DNA of 63,693 nt, the filler included, from Pelomyxa schiedti (lineage: Eukaryota > Protista > Evosea), in the NCBI GenBank assembly GCA_020536535.1. It is 14 parts of 14 records of this genome, joined end to end, with 100 filler letters (N's around TTAATTAATTAA, not from the genome) between each part and the next. Parts side by side here need not be neighbours in the genome. Positions count along the whole stretch, not along the records: positions 19,946 to 29,033 come from JAHLWZ010000122.1; positions 29,134 to 31,839 come from JAHLWZ010000749.1; positions 31,940 to 36,961 come from JAHLWZ010001533.1; 11 more parts are not named here. The stretch is one strand, 5' to 3'. The position numbers and the translations under genes were made by a program. The notes below the pieces were generated by a model that saw nothing but the letters and a program-made list of their open reading frames with translations, was not told where the DNA came from and ran no database searches. Shown here in pieces: positions 21,990-34,768 of the stretch. The first letter of the stretch is position 1. Each line of letters opens with the position of its first letter.

Positions 21990-24900
21990 ATGGACGTGGA
22001 TACGCTGTCGTCGATGGTGGAGGTTGGGTCGTCGTTGGACCGCAGGCTCGCCAGGCTGAACCAAGTTGGTGGGGCCGCGGGGCTGGCCCGCGAGCTGGGC
22101 ACCGACGTGGAACGCGGGATCGACCCCGCCGAGGCCAAGACTGGTTTTACTGCGCGCAGGGCAAAGTATGTGACCACCCACATCACAGACAACAAATAAT
22201 CATAATACATTATGGGTGCGTGAATAATTATTATGTATAAAATTATAATTCCCGTGCAGTATGGTACTAAAGAAGAATAATTTTTGGTACCAATATTTAA
22301 TTTGCGTTTATCTACCCTTAAAAAAGGTATGGGAAGAACTTCATTCCTCCACCTCCACCGAGATCATTGACGTCAATGATTTTGGAGGGACTCCAAGATA
22401 AGACTCTCATAATGTTGATGATTTCAGGTTAGAAAAGTTCTTGTGAAGCTGCACATTTATTTTCATTTCAGCAACTGTTTCCCTCATCCTGGGTGTTTGG
22501 GAGAACCCCTCGTCTGGTTGGATAGAAGGTACTGCAATTCTTACCGCAGTCGTGATTGTTGTCTCTGTTGCTGCTGGGAATGTAGGCACCAAATTCAAGT
22601 GTACGCTTACAAAGTACTAGGATTATCAAAAAGAACGCCAGTTCAGGAAGCTCAATGAACGCAAGAACAACAAACCTGTCAAAGTATGCTGACGTATACT
22701 CCCTTGTTATTGAATTGATATTTGACAAGGTTGTTCGAGGTGGTGAGATGGAGCAAATTAGTGTTTATGAAGTAAACGTGGGGGAAATCGTTATTATTGA
22801 TACTGGCGATATTCTTTGTGCCGATGGAATTTGGCTCTCAGGCTTTAGTATGTGGGGTTGGGCTTTCTTAATTGTACCAACGTTCTACAGATATGAAGAC
22901 AGACGAATCTTCAATGACTGGCGAAGTTAAGCAATTGCCGAAAGGGCCTGAAGACCCTTTTCTCCTTTCCTCCACAATGGTTGTTGAGGGAATCGGAAAA
23001 ATGATGGTTGTTTGTGTTGGACCTCATTCCCAGGTTCCACCTTCCTTTTCTTACTTTTTCTAACTCTGATTTCAGTCCGGAAAAACCTTGTCGCTCCTCA
23101 ACCGACCTGTTGAGGACACTCCACTTCAAGTAAAACTTGAATCTCTTGCTGATCGTATTTTTTCCTTCACAGTTCACACCCTTCCACTCAAGTTTCTTTA
23201 CAGAAATTGCCAAGTTTGGGATGGCTGCGGCATCTCTCATTTTGGTTCAGATTCGCCTCCATTTCCTTTCTCTAACTGGCATTAGATATCTCTTTGTGTG
23301 AAGCTTGGAGTTTTTATCTGTATGCAATTTTTTCCTAACTCTTGCACTTAATGAGTCCGTGCAAGATTTTGGCTATCAACCATTTGACGTTACCATTCTC
23401 AACCATGTCATCAAGTACATCATCTCCTCAATCACCATAGTTGTAGTTGCAGTCCCTGAAGGCCTCCCCCTGGCAGTTACGATATCTCTTGCGTACAGTA
23501 TGACAAAGATGATGCGCGACAACAATCTCGTCAGAAGGTTAGAGGCTTGTGAAACTATGGGCGGAGCAACAAGTGCGTTTTCAGTATTGTTTTCTACGTC
23601 TCATGAAAATTTCACAGCTATTTGTTCTGATAAAACTGGAACTCTCACAATGAACAAAATGACTGTGATGAAGGTTTCCTAAAAACAATAACTACAGCTT
23701 TTTACCGGCATTAGATATGGGTAGCTGGGAGGAATTTTGAAAGTATACCGGAAGTAAAATTAACTGAGCCCATGAAAGAACTTCTTGTAACTGGGATTGC
23801 TTGTAATTCTACGGCATATGAAAGCAAAGATGAAACTGGAAAGAAAGTAACAACTACAACTCACTCTCCCACTCTTTATTTTCCCACAAAACCTGCAGTT
23901 GTTCATTGGAAGTCAGACTGAGTGTGCCCTGTTAGGCTTCTGCCGAAAAGTCAATGCTCCCTTTGAACCAATCCGCGAGAAGAACCCCAGAATTGCTGTG
24001 TATCAAGGTTTTTGGATGAACCCATTTTAACCCCTTATGCAGGATTCCTTTTTCTTCAACACGCAAGCGTATGAGTTCTGTAATTAAGAGAGATGGCAAA
24101 TTCTGCTTCTTCACAAAGGGTGCTTCTGAGATTGTGTTGGGATTGTGTACATCGGCGATGCAAGAAGATGGCTCCAAGATTCTCATAAGTGAAGAAATCA
24201 AGGATCAAATAAAGCAAATCATTCAAAATTATGCCGAAACTGGTACAGGTGTTGCGTGGTTTCCAACAACTTATACTCTCCCAAGGTCTACGTACTATAG
24301 CACTTGCTTTTTCTGAGAGTGACTATGAAAAGAACTGGGACACATGCGAACGGGACCTTACACTTGTTGCAATTGCTGGTATTAAGGTAAGTCAATACTT
24401 CCCCTTTCTTCAATTACCAGACTGTAGGACCCAGTTCGCCCTGAGGTACCAGAAGCAGTGAGGCGATGCCAGAGTGCTGGTATAGTTGTTCGGATGGTCA
24501 CAGGAGACAGTAAATGCTCCTTATCCTTACTCTTGCATTAACGGTTTTCAGATCCTGAAACGGCCAAGGAGATTGCACGGGAATGTGGTATTCTCAAAGA
24601 GGGTGGAGTTGTAATCTGCGGTGAAGACTACAAAGCACTTAGTGAGGAGCAGAAGATAATTCAATCACCGAAAATATGTGTATGTGAAGACAACTAAAAA
24701 ATAACTTCAAACAAACCATTAGGTAATGGCCAGGTCGTCTCCAACAGATAAGTTCACTCTTGTGAGAACTCTCAAAATGCTTGGACATGTTGTTGCTGTC
24801 ACCGGCGATGGAACTAATGATGCACCTGCCCTCAAGGTACCATTTTTGAATGCAAAAAGAATTGTTTTATAAAGAATTGTATATATAGTCTTAATATATA

Positions 24901-26370
24901 ACTTATGAAAAAATAACAATGCCTAGGAGGCCAACATTGGTTTCAGTATGGGAATAACAGGAACGGAAGTATCCAAAGAGGCTTCCGCAATTATACTTAT
25001 GGATGACAATTTCGCTTCTATTGTCAAGTACCTTTTCGTAAAACTGGATCCATGTTAAATAGCATTAGAGCGGTGATGTGGGGAAGAAATGTCTATGACA
25101 GCATCCGGAAATTCCTTCAATTCCAACTTACTGTAAATCTTGTATGCAATATTGACACTGTGAAGATCGTTAATGAAATTAGGTTGCTGTCTCGCTGGCA
25201 TTTATTGGAGCACTGACCAACTCCCGTGGCGAAGCACCTCTTAAGCCTGTTCAACTTCTGTGGGTCAATCTGATCATGGTTTGTAAAACTTTCCAACTAT
25301 TTTTTCCTACGAATATCCAGGATACCATGGCTGCCCTTGCACTGGCGACGGAAGAACCCACACCTGCACTCCTCGATAGGAAGCCTTATGGGAAGAGTGA
25401 CGCACTTATTACACACAGAATGTGGAGAAACGTAATAGTACAAGCAGTGTTTCAGGTTACAAAACAGAAAGACAAATTCATTTTACCGTACCATTTTAGC
25501 TTACAGTCAACCTGGTGATTCTTTACTATGGACATGTTATCTTCGGAATTGAAAAGGAGTCAATTGAGCATCTCACAATAGTGTTTAACATATTTGTATT
25601 ATGCCAATTATTCAATGAAGTGAACTCCCGCAAGTTAAATGGAGGTTGGGCTACTGTTATATATTCTGTCTCAATTATTTCTCTAGAAATCAATGTGTTT
25701 GCGGGCTTCTTCACAAATCATGTCTTTGTTGGAGTGATGGCATTCACCTGTGTGATGCAATTTCTCATTATTCAGTTTGGGGGGTTTGTCTCATTATCCC
25801 TAAACTTCTGGAATAACGGCACTACAGTAACTTTGCTGGCACACGCCCTCTATCGCTACATCAATGGGCAGCTTGCTTTGGAATCGCGGCTCTGGGACTT
25901 CCAATTGGTAATTGACTTTGACTCCACACATAAACCAAAGCCTAACCTCACCTCAGGTCTAATACCCAAAATCATCCCCTACACTGAACCTGAACCACAA
26001 GAATTTAAGCCCGAGAACATTGCACCCTCAAAGCTGGGTGCCGAAGGCTGGGGCAAGGTTTTTTTTCCCTTTTCCTCTACTTCCAACAACTGCAAAAACA
26101 AATGCCTCAAATACACTCTTCTGCCCTCTTCCCCCTTTTTTATATAATTATATATACCTCCCACCCCAAGTTCTCACTTCTGCCTTCCTTTTTTCAATTC
26201 AGCTCAAACTTGGGCTCAAAAAGAAGGAAGTAATAGATGAAATGGTGAAGCGGTCCACTAGCACAGCATCAATCCTACGCCGGTTCCACCGCCACAACAT
26301 ATATGGATTTGACAGTGTAGTTGGTGCATCACTGGCACAATCAATGCCGGCTTCAAAGAAGAAACTCTAG
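21990..26370 (+). CDS. PMCA: P2B-type plasma-membrane Ca2+-ATPase (PMCA), more than 20 exons
   Basis: [103 protein letters not shown]; introns ~40 nt GT-AG. Confidence 0.95.
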
Positions 26371-26680
26371 AACAACAACCCGGTAAGACTCCTTCCATTT
26401 CCTACAAATTTGACTGAGAGGCAATATTAGAAGGCCTTGTGACGTTTTTAAACCGGGTCTTTTCTCTGTTGACAATTTTAAATGGGTGAACAAAAAATGG
26501 CAATGGGAAAAGTATTGATCAATAAATAAAGGAATACCGCTTTCTTTTCTATTCACAAGTGCCCAAACGGAAAACAGCATGTACATTTTGTTTCATAGAT
26601 TCACATGTGAATTGTGAGTGTATGAAGTCAAAAACGCTTGTGGCTTGTCACTGCGTCTTCCACAAGCAGGCATCAGTGAA

Positions 26681-28178
26681 TCAATAGTAATTGATTGGGT
26701 AGGTCATGATATTGAAATCAGAAGATACTAGAGAGACCCCCTCCTAGTGCCGCGGCGATCACAATCACCAAAACAATAACAATAAGAATAGCGAAGATTA
26801 TGCACATTTTCTGTAGTGGGATTAGGAGACGGTGCAAAAAAAAAAGGTAGCAAGTACACACTTTGCGGGACTTCTTTTGAAGCACATTCGCTTCCTTTAG
26901 TTCAACTACACCTTCTTTTACATACTTGAGGGCATTTTCGCAGTTAAGTTCGATATTGTCCAGTAATTCTTGCTGTAACAGTACTAAAAATGAAGTCCCC
27001 GAAGCAGAAAGAGGGAAAAAAAAACCTGAGCATCGACCAGGACAGCCATATCAACAAACATCTGGTGCAGCTCGTTTATACTTTGAGCCAATCTGAGAAT
27101 GTCATGGTGTTTATTCTCCACATATGCAAGTGCGGCCTGGGCATCCTCAAGATGCTCTTGATCCGCTGCACTGTGTGAGGTTCAAAAAAATGAATTCGAG
27201 CTGTAAACTAACAAAGAACGGCGCTGGTGAAAATTTGTACATCTCCAGATTCCATAGCTTGATCTATCTCCGCTTGAGAGGCATCAGGCTTAACTGCCGA
27301 GAGTGAGGATCATCACCAAGGAAAGGAACAAACCTATTTTGCATTGCCGGGAGAATTTTTCTTTTGTTGACTTCTGATACTCTGCTTGCACCTCATTATA
27401 TTCTTTCATCAGAGCCACGAACTTTGTTGTGAGAGTTGACAGAGTATTGGCGCGGATTCTGAGAGTATTTATGGTTGGCCAAGGTGTGGTGGGAAGCGGA
27501 AGCGGAAACCTCAATTCAGTAGTCGCTTTACTGTTTTCTTTGGCATGAGTTTCATTGTTCTGCTTCATTTGGTCAAGTCTCATCTTGAGTTTCTGAACTA
27601 GTATATTACTCTCTTCGATGTAGGTTGCCAGTTTTTTGCTCGTTTCTGAGGTTATTTTGCACAACATTAAATTAAGGGTTTTAGGTTATCACACTACGAC
27701 CTGCAAGAGCCTCTGGGCTTTTAACAGCTGTGACAGCATCTTTTGACAGAGCGCGAATTTCTTCAATGTTGCTCCGCACAGTGGCCATATCTTTCTTCAC
27801 TGCGTCTATTTCCTGCACACAAAGCTAAGACAAGTACGTTAAAAACGAATAGCACTACATCAAAGAAATCCGGCATGAAAGCAGGGTCCTCAGGAGGCTT
27901 TGCTTCAAGGTCAACTTCTCCAGTGTCCTTGTCTTTGCCCTTCGCCTTCAATTCTTTATCGCGCTTAGCTTTGGCCTACAAAACCATTTATCATTGGCTG
28001 TGGGACAAACAACACAACGAATGGAACAAAACAGCCGACGTACAAAAAAAAAACCTCAAACCTTTGGATCTTTAGCGAGTTCGGCCTCTGCAGCAGCCTG
28101 TGCCGCAGCCTTCTTGTCTGCTTCGATCTGTGCTGGATCTCCGCCAATGTCCCGCAACTCAGACAATCGGTCTTGCAT
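26681..28178 (-). CDS. Plasma-membrane syntaxin (Qa-SNARE, syntaxin-1-like)
   Basis: N-peptide MQDRLSELRD, FMPDFFD, Habc helices (TLTTKFVALMKEYNEVQAEY), SNARE motif (LHQMFVDMAVLV..QQELLDNIE), C-terminal TM CIIFAILIVIVLVIVIAAALG. Confidence 0.88.
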
Positions 28179-28584
28179 TTACTATACTTGTGCGCGGTTG
28201 TTTTCTTGAGAGTTGAACCCACGCTGCCGCAACCCCTGGCTCCTGGTTTTTTTTTCTTCTTGTTTTCGCTCACATTTCGCGAATGCAACAAATCTGTTGT
28301 GCTGATTAACAGATACTTACAAACTTGGTACTCAGGGTTGTCAAACCACAAAATGGTTTTATTGGTTTTTCAGTCAAGAAATAGTTTATTAAATAGACTC
28401 AGTGAATGTTCAACTGTGTGATCGACTCACAAGTGTGAAGTTCTTCAAGACCACTCACTGCCGAGCTTCGAACCTCTGTTGATGCTGTGCTGGCACTACT
28501 GCTGCCCCACATCCCACACAAGCACACAATGGTACGTGACTCTCATTCATTCCTCATTGCAAAAGTTGAAAAGAAACGGTTTTT

Positions 28585-29033
28585 TCAAAGAGACAGTTGG
28601 CCTGTGAGAGGGAAAGAGGAGTGGTCTGTGAACCGCACTAGGCCTGTGAATAACTCAAAGGTGACAACACTTGCACCAGAGCACTCATCGGTGACATGGA
28701 TTTCTTTGGCTCCATTACTGCGGAACAAGAGGCCACCTTCAAAGAAGTCATCACTTGCCCGGCTGGGGGGCTTGTGTGTTTGACATTGGGGTGCCATTGA
28801 TATCCCACACATAACAGGTTTCTGTTCCTGTGCATGAAACGCAGAGCTGTGACTGGTTCAACTGGGACACACACCACAATTGCTGTACGTGTTCATCTCC
28901 ATGTGTTTGACAAAGTTGTTTCAACTTACCAGTGCCCTCCTCAACTGTGATAATCTGGAGGTGATCAGTCCAGAAATTACCTCCTGTTACTGCAGGGCTT
29001 GCCGGATCTGAGTGACAACCACGGTGAATTCAC
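28585..29033 (-). CDS. C-terminal part of a member of the expanded uncharacterised family (see findings), 5'-truncated
   Basis: EGGLLFRS...IHVTDECSGASVV resembles the C-termini at 30145 (EAGLLFS...VMEPLTG) and 43191 (NGFIVF...IVDGASG). Confidence 0.5.
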
Positions 29034-29133
29034 NNNNNNNNNNNNNNNNNNNNNNNNNNNNNNNNNNNNNNNNNNNNTTAATTAATTAANNNNNNNNNNN
29101 NNNNNNNNNNNNNNNNNNNNNNNNNNNNNNNNN

Positions 29134-30048
29134 GTCAATGACAGTGGTGTAGTGGAGATCAGGAAAGGAGTGCCTTTCGTGGGTGACGGAATTCACAAGG
29201 TAGAACGTGTTTGCACTCATGTTAATGTGAATTGTTGACAGGGAGCCATCAGGCATCCAAGCAACTTCACATGGCCACGTGTCGTGGCAAAAGAGCCTGG
29301 GTGTTTTTTCAACCAATTCACCCCTTTTGAAAGTGGATTCCAAGTCAATGAACATAACTTCGCCCTCTGTGTCTTCAGGGAACACCATTCCAACATCACA
29401 ACTCTGGGGAGACAGCCGGAATGTGCCCGAATTCATTCCAGTTTGCACAACTTTTGGACCCAGCAAACAACTCCCCACAAGCTTCCAGATGTGAAACTCA
29501 CCCTTTTTGACAACTGAGATAATCCAACTCCTGTTGCAATGTGCACCAGGTACAGACATTCCCTCACCAAGGTCAGATTCCCAAATCAACGGCTCCGTTA
29601 CTTTGCCTGACGAATTCACAACTGAGAACTTCGCATGCATTCGTGAAGTCCAAGGGCCGCTTGTGTGTGACACCAAAATGCTGTCGTGGCCAAAGCAGCC
29701 CCACATTTCCCCCGTTTCGGTGAACCACGAGTGGCCCACAACCCCCATTGTGGGAGACACGCTCACGCGCAGGAAAAACCGCAACACGGCTGCTTCCCCG
29801 GCCTCGGCCTCGTGGAAGTTAGAGTAAAGCTTCCCATCATCATGGTTATCGATCGGGAGAGCGAAAACTACATCAGCAGCGGGCGCGAGGACCCAGTCGT
29901 AGGCCCACACACACCCTGAACGACACCGACCTCGCCCACACCCCCAGCGACGGCGCCATTATGGGAGGAGTATTTGTGGAGGAACAACTGTGCACGACGC
30001 CTGCACAACAAACCGCGAACGCCTGTGCCTTGCCTGTCGTTGTGCTCA
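29134..30048 (-). CDS. Expanded uncharacterised family member, with an apparent frameshift near 29905-29945; 3'-truncated
   Basis: N-terminus MSTTTGKAQAFAV in one frame; WAYDWVL, VSVSPTMGVV, HCNRSW, IDLESTFKRGEL in another. Confidence 0.65.
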
Positions 30049-30144
30049 TTTGTTTTTTTGATTGAATTGTTTTCCCTGAAAAGAGTACCCAAGTTGGACA
30101 TCTAATTTTATTTAGATGTGGGGCACAGCTCTTGTGAGATTTTT

Positions 30145-31604
30145 TCAATGAAAGCAGAAGGGATAGCCAAGCAGATGGTCCCCTATTGAAGGGAGAGAGA
30201 CATGGAGCACAGTGAACCCTGTAAGTGGCTCCATCACTGTCAATTCATGGCCCTCAATGGAAAACAAAAGCCCTGCCTCAGCCTCCATTTGGCTTCGGCA
30301 GTCACTTACTCTCAAAAGTGGCCTTGTCAATTCGTTGCAGTCCCAGATGTCACACAGCCAGGAATTGCTTGGTTGTGGGACAGTTACAACAGCAAACATA
30401 TGTGAACTCAGTGGTGCCACACTCCGCGTATACATTGTTTGTGGCAGAACAACGACGTTGCCGTTGCTCTCTGAAATCTGGATGCAGTTCATGGAGGGTA
30501 CCAGATACACTTCCGCAATGAAGGACCTGGTGCAGGAGGCTGTGTACATCAAAATGACTGTATGGTGCCAGACGCAGCATCCCTTGGCTAACTCGATGCT
30601 TGTTTCACTCAGCACACACAGTGACTGCGAACTGAATGACCTCTCAACGTCAATCACCACAAACACACATTTCTCAGGTGACTTTCTATTCCTCACCACA
30701 GCAACAACCTCATTCCCTGCCCACTTGTTGAAGAAAACCCAAGTTACTTTGTGGCTCACAGCAGAGTAACCAAGCCTGACAACAACGGATGTGGCACCAG
30801 GATCCTTGTGCGCCAGCCTTCCAATTGAGATTCCCAACGTGTTTCCTTCCTCATAATCGCTTTCATATCCGCTTCCCACAAACCACACGCGATTCACTGC
30901 GTGCACAAGAATGATTCCTGATGGTTGCCGTGGGACTGCCCTCGGGAACAGTGACACCTCTTCACCCGTGACCAAGTCATGCAGCGCAAAAGGTGGCACC
31001 AAGCGCTGCCTGTTGCCAACCCACTCCAAAGTTGGCGACCTGCGCTTGAACTCGTCAGCTGTGACCGCTGGATCACCAATGATTCCGAGAACAAGTGGCG
31101 ACACCTCAAACTTGATCAGCCAGTAGGTTGCACCGGTGAAGCAATAAGGCTCAACTGCGAACTGTCGGCGCGTGTCCTTGACCATTTCCCACACCTGCTT
31201 CACTGCATTTGAAGCAGCCTCCGTCNNNNNNNNNNNNNNNNNNNNNNNNNNNNNNNNNNNNNNNNNNNNNNNNNNNNNNNNNNNNNNNNNNNNNNNNNNN
31301 NNNNNNNNNNNNNNNNNNNNNNNNNCTCAAACTTGATCAGCCAGTAGGTTGCACCGGTGAAGCAATAAGGCTCAACTGCGAACTGTCGGCGCGTGTCCTT
31401 GACCATTTCCCACACCTGCTTCACTGCATTTGAAGCAGCCTCCGTCTGTGCTGCGATTCGACAATTGTGGGATGATGAAGCCGACGACGAAGTCCTCCAC
31501 CAACCGCACCTTGGGTGTGAAACGAGGCACAGCGGAACAAATTGGTCGATGGCCTTGAGTGTCCCATGAGCCCGCGGTGTCGTTTCCCCTTGCATCGTCG
31601 TCAT
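30145..31604 (-). CDS. Expanded uncharacterised family member, intronless (gap flanks overlap)
   Basis: KAIDQFVPLCLVSHPRCG, VSPLVLGII, AVNRVW, IDVERSFSSQSL, EAGLLF; ~31105-31225 duplicates 31326-31445, so the gap is probably spurious. Confidence 0.75.
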
Positions 31605-31939
31605 AGGATCTGTTAGCTCAATCTTACAAGTGCGGGAAGGAAGTTTCTTTGCTGTACTGCAAAAAACCGGACTGGATGTAAAAATTTTTCAAGTTTTCCA
31701 TCAAGGTTGGTAAAAACGGAAAGGAGGGTGGATGGGTACAGGGAAGACACCCAAGAGAAACCCAGTGACACCATCGCGGACTTCAAACTTGACTTCGGCA
31801 ACATCACAATTCTGATCCAGTGGTTGCGTTGTTAAACAANNNNNNNNNNNNNNNNNNNNNNNNNNNNNNNNNNNNNNNNNNNNTTAATTAATTAANNNNN
31901 NNNNNNNNNNNNNNNNNNNNNNNNNNNNNNNNNNNNNNN

Positions 31940-32840
31940 GCGTACGTCATCGGTTGGTTCAAGCCTCGTGTTGTTGGTTTTTAAAAAAAAAAGAAAAGCC
32001 AGTAAAGGCAAGGCAAACCTCAGCCTTGTGGACATTGTGCGAGGTCACAGCAGTAAAATCGGCCAAATCCCACAATACCACAGTGGCGTCCTCCCCGCCG
32101 CTGGCGCACCTCCTCCCCTGCGCCATCAGCCCGACGCACGTGACCCTCGCCCTGTGCCCGTTCAGCACCGCTGCCACCCTCCTTCCCCTCGCCCCGCCGG
32201 GCACTGCCCCTGCCCCTGGCCCTGCTGCTGCCCCTCCGGCTCCCCTGCCCCTCGCTCCTCCTCGTGAGCTCCCTCTCCCTGGAGTAGCTGTGCCTGTGCA
32301 ACTGCTAGTGTTGGCCGTGGCGGTGTCCGTTGCTACGGCGGTTGTTGTTGCCGCGGGAGCTGATTGTGGGTCGGCGGCGGTGGTGGTTGTGGTGGTGGGG
32401 GGCTGGGAGAGCGACATGACGACGACGGAGCTTCGGCAGCCGTAGACTACGGTGCTGCCGTGCATGTCGCACACGCTCGACGAGAACCAGTTGGGCGACC
32501 CGGGGTACACAAAGGTGCACCGGTTCTTCATCTGCCTGGGCAATTGGCTCTGAGGAGGCTGTGGTGTTGGTTGAGGCTGTGTCTGTGTGGGTGGTTGTGG
32601 GTCTTGGGTGTTGGGGTTCTGGTCATTGGTATCGTGGCACTCCTGAGTCCGGTTAACTTCCTTGTCCTTTTCGGGTTGTTCTGTGCTTGGGGCTGCCTGT
32701 GGAATCGACGTCACTTCGGGGGAGGACTCTGTTGGTTGGCCTGAAGCAGAATGAACACCTAAATCGGTATTGACTGTGGTAGTCTGAGCCTTGTTGTCGT
32801 CTGTTGTGCGCGGCACTCGCGCGTCCTGCTCGGACGACAT
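31940..32840 (-). CDS. GEMIN5: Gemin5-like WD40 protein, N-terminal part (3'-truncated)
   Basis: PGSPNWFSSSVCD matches the Gemin5 N-terminal PPSPNWY motif; GHRARVTCV and CASGGEDATVVLWD WD repeat, then HNVH. Confidence 0.75.
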
Positions 32841-32942
32841 GAAATTACACGATCAAATTCCATCTGGTAATTTTCTCTGGCAGTCCCACAGACAACGCAA
32901 TAACAACTGGGGTTTGTGCTCACTCTCCTGTGGTGAGATATC

Positions 32943-34674
32943 ATGGAACCATTGACTTTTGGACTGAGGAGACCTCAGTCTGTGTCATCAAAGGGAAAGT
33001 CTTCTCAGAAAAAAGCCGTTAAGAAAATGCGCAGACGAGGGGTGTCGTCTCTCGAGGCAGCGAATCTGTGCCTCGTGGCCTCGGCGCTCCAGGATCACAT
33101 CGTTAAGAACCGTGGTCGTTCGCTCAATCCTCCTCCCGTTTCCCGTTCCCCCGTGTCGAGTGCCCCTCCCACGCGCGGCAGCGCTCATCAAGCACCGCCC
33201 CCGGTGGCACGGGGCCGGCTGGCCTCGTCGTCGTCGCCGTCCACGCGCCGCGGCGCTGCGGCTTGCGCCAGCACCGGCACGGGCGCGAGCACGGGGCACG
33301 CTACGCGGCGGGGATCCGGCTGCGGTTATGGGACATCAGCTGCTGCACGAGGAAGTTGTGACAACTGCAAAGGGAATGGAGTTGCGATGACGTCACCGCC
33401 GCAGAAACTGCCTGTGACGCACGCGCGCCACGAAACTGTTGCCAATGTGATTACGAAAAGTGGTGCCGATAACGTGGGCACTGTTGTCGGTTTAAGTGGT
33501 TGCGATTCTGAGTATGTGGACGACTTTGAAGACGGGCCTCCGAAACCTGTTTCTTTGGGTGTGTATTTCCCCTTGGTTTAGCTTTGTATTTCTGCATGCG
33601 GTATGGATGAGTACTAGTAGTGCTTTGGTTTTTGACAACTGACATTCTAGCACAACAGTTGGGCCTTATTCCTCAAGTACAACCTCCTCTATCAACGGTT
33701 GAGTGGGATAAGATTGAGTGCATTACACGTGGCAGAAGCGTTACAAACGCCAACGAAATATGTTCTATCTGCCGTGAACCTTATGGAGTTCAAGTTCAAG
33801 TTCTCTTGAGTTGCTGTCATGTCTTTCATAGGGTAAATCTAGCATTGTGTTAATGAGAATAACCTGTCACCAGGTTTGCTTACAAAGTTATGAATTCTAT
33901 AGTCATTCAAGGGTGTGCCCTGTTTGCAGATGTCAGCAGTACCATAAAAAAACTATCTTTGACTCGATAGACCAGACGTACAACCAAAAAGCCACTAGGT
34001 AATTTTCATTTGGCCGCCCTACCCTAAATCTTGATTAGAATTCAAGCTGTATGGAGAGGATACAGCGTCAGGAAATGGTATCGGCAATTGAGAAAAGACA
34101 AATCGCTTGAGGAAATACGTGAAGAATTCCGCAGAGAGTTTGTCGCTGGAAGGGTTTTATCTCGACTCATTTTAAAAGAGTTCTTATTGAATGTAGCTCT
34201 CTCAAGTGACAGATCGATTGTTGGAAGATATCGACAGGGAGAGAGAACAATTAAATAGGGAGATGGCAGATATAAATCGCTCCGTAGCACAAATTAGAGA
34301 TTTTTGCAGGTACGGAACTTTTTTTTTGTTTCAAAGAAACTGACTGACTGGTTACAAATTCCAGTACAGTAGCAACAACCCCATCAGAATGTGACCTCAA
34401 ATGGAAACAATGTCTATGCAAGGCACAGAATAGAGCAGTTGCGGACTGTTCTATTTGCCTCACGGCCTTAGCATCCCGGGAAACTTCTCTCCTTAGTTGT
34501 AGCCATGTATTTCACACATCATGCATAACCAGTTTCGAAGAATACAACACCCTTCCAGTAGATACATGTCCGGGTTTGTAGACCCAAAACAAATTTTCTT
34601 TTTTTCTAATCTCTGTCTTAGTATGCAGAACAGTATACACAAGAAGAATCTATGAACAAACTAATACTTCTTGA
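32943..34674 (+). CDS. RNF32: RING finger protein 32-like (two RING-H2 domains and an IQ motif)
   Basis: LAQQLGL..PLS..EW, CSICRE..LLSCCHVFH..CPVCR, IQ motif IQAVWRGYSVRKWY, second RING CSICL..LLSCSHVFHTSCITSFE..CPVCR. Confidence 0.88.
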
Positions 34675-34768
34675 AAAAGAAACGATTCAGAAAGGACTTT
34701 TTCTTTTTGTTGTTGGCATAAACATAACAATAACAAGCATTTTTATTGTACAAACTCTTTGGTGTTGT

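Noticed and set aside
26359-26370. PMCA C-terminal KKL as a peroxisomal targeting signal next to PEX11
   Set aside because: Non-canonical tripeptide, and PTS1 applies to matrix proteins, not polytopic pumps.
31105-31445. Internal duplication in the 30145-31604 gene
   Set aside because: Identical sequence on both sides of a 100-N gap; a scaffolding overlap.
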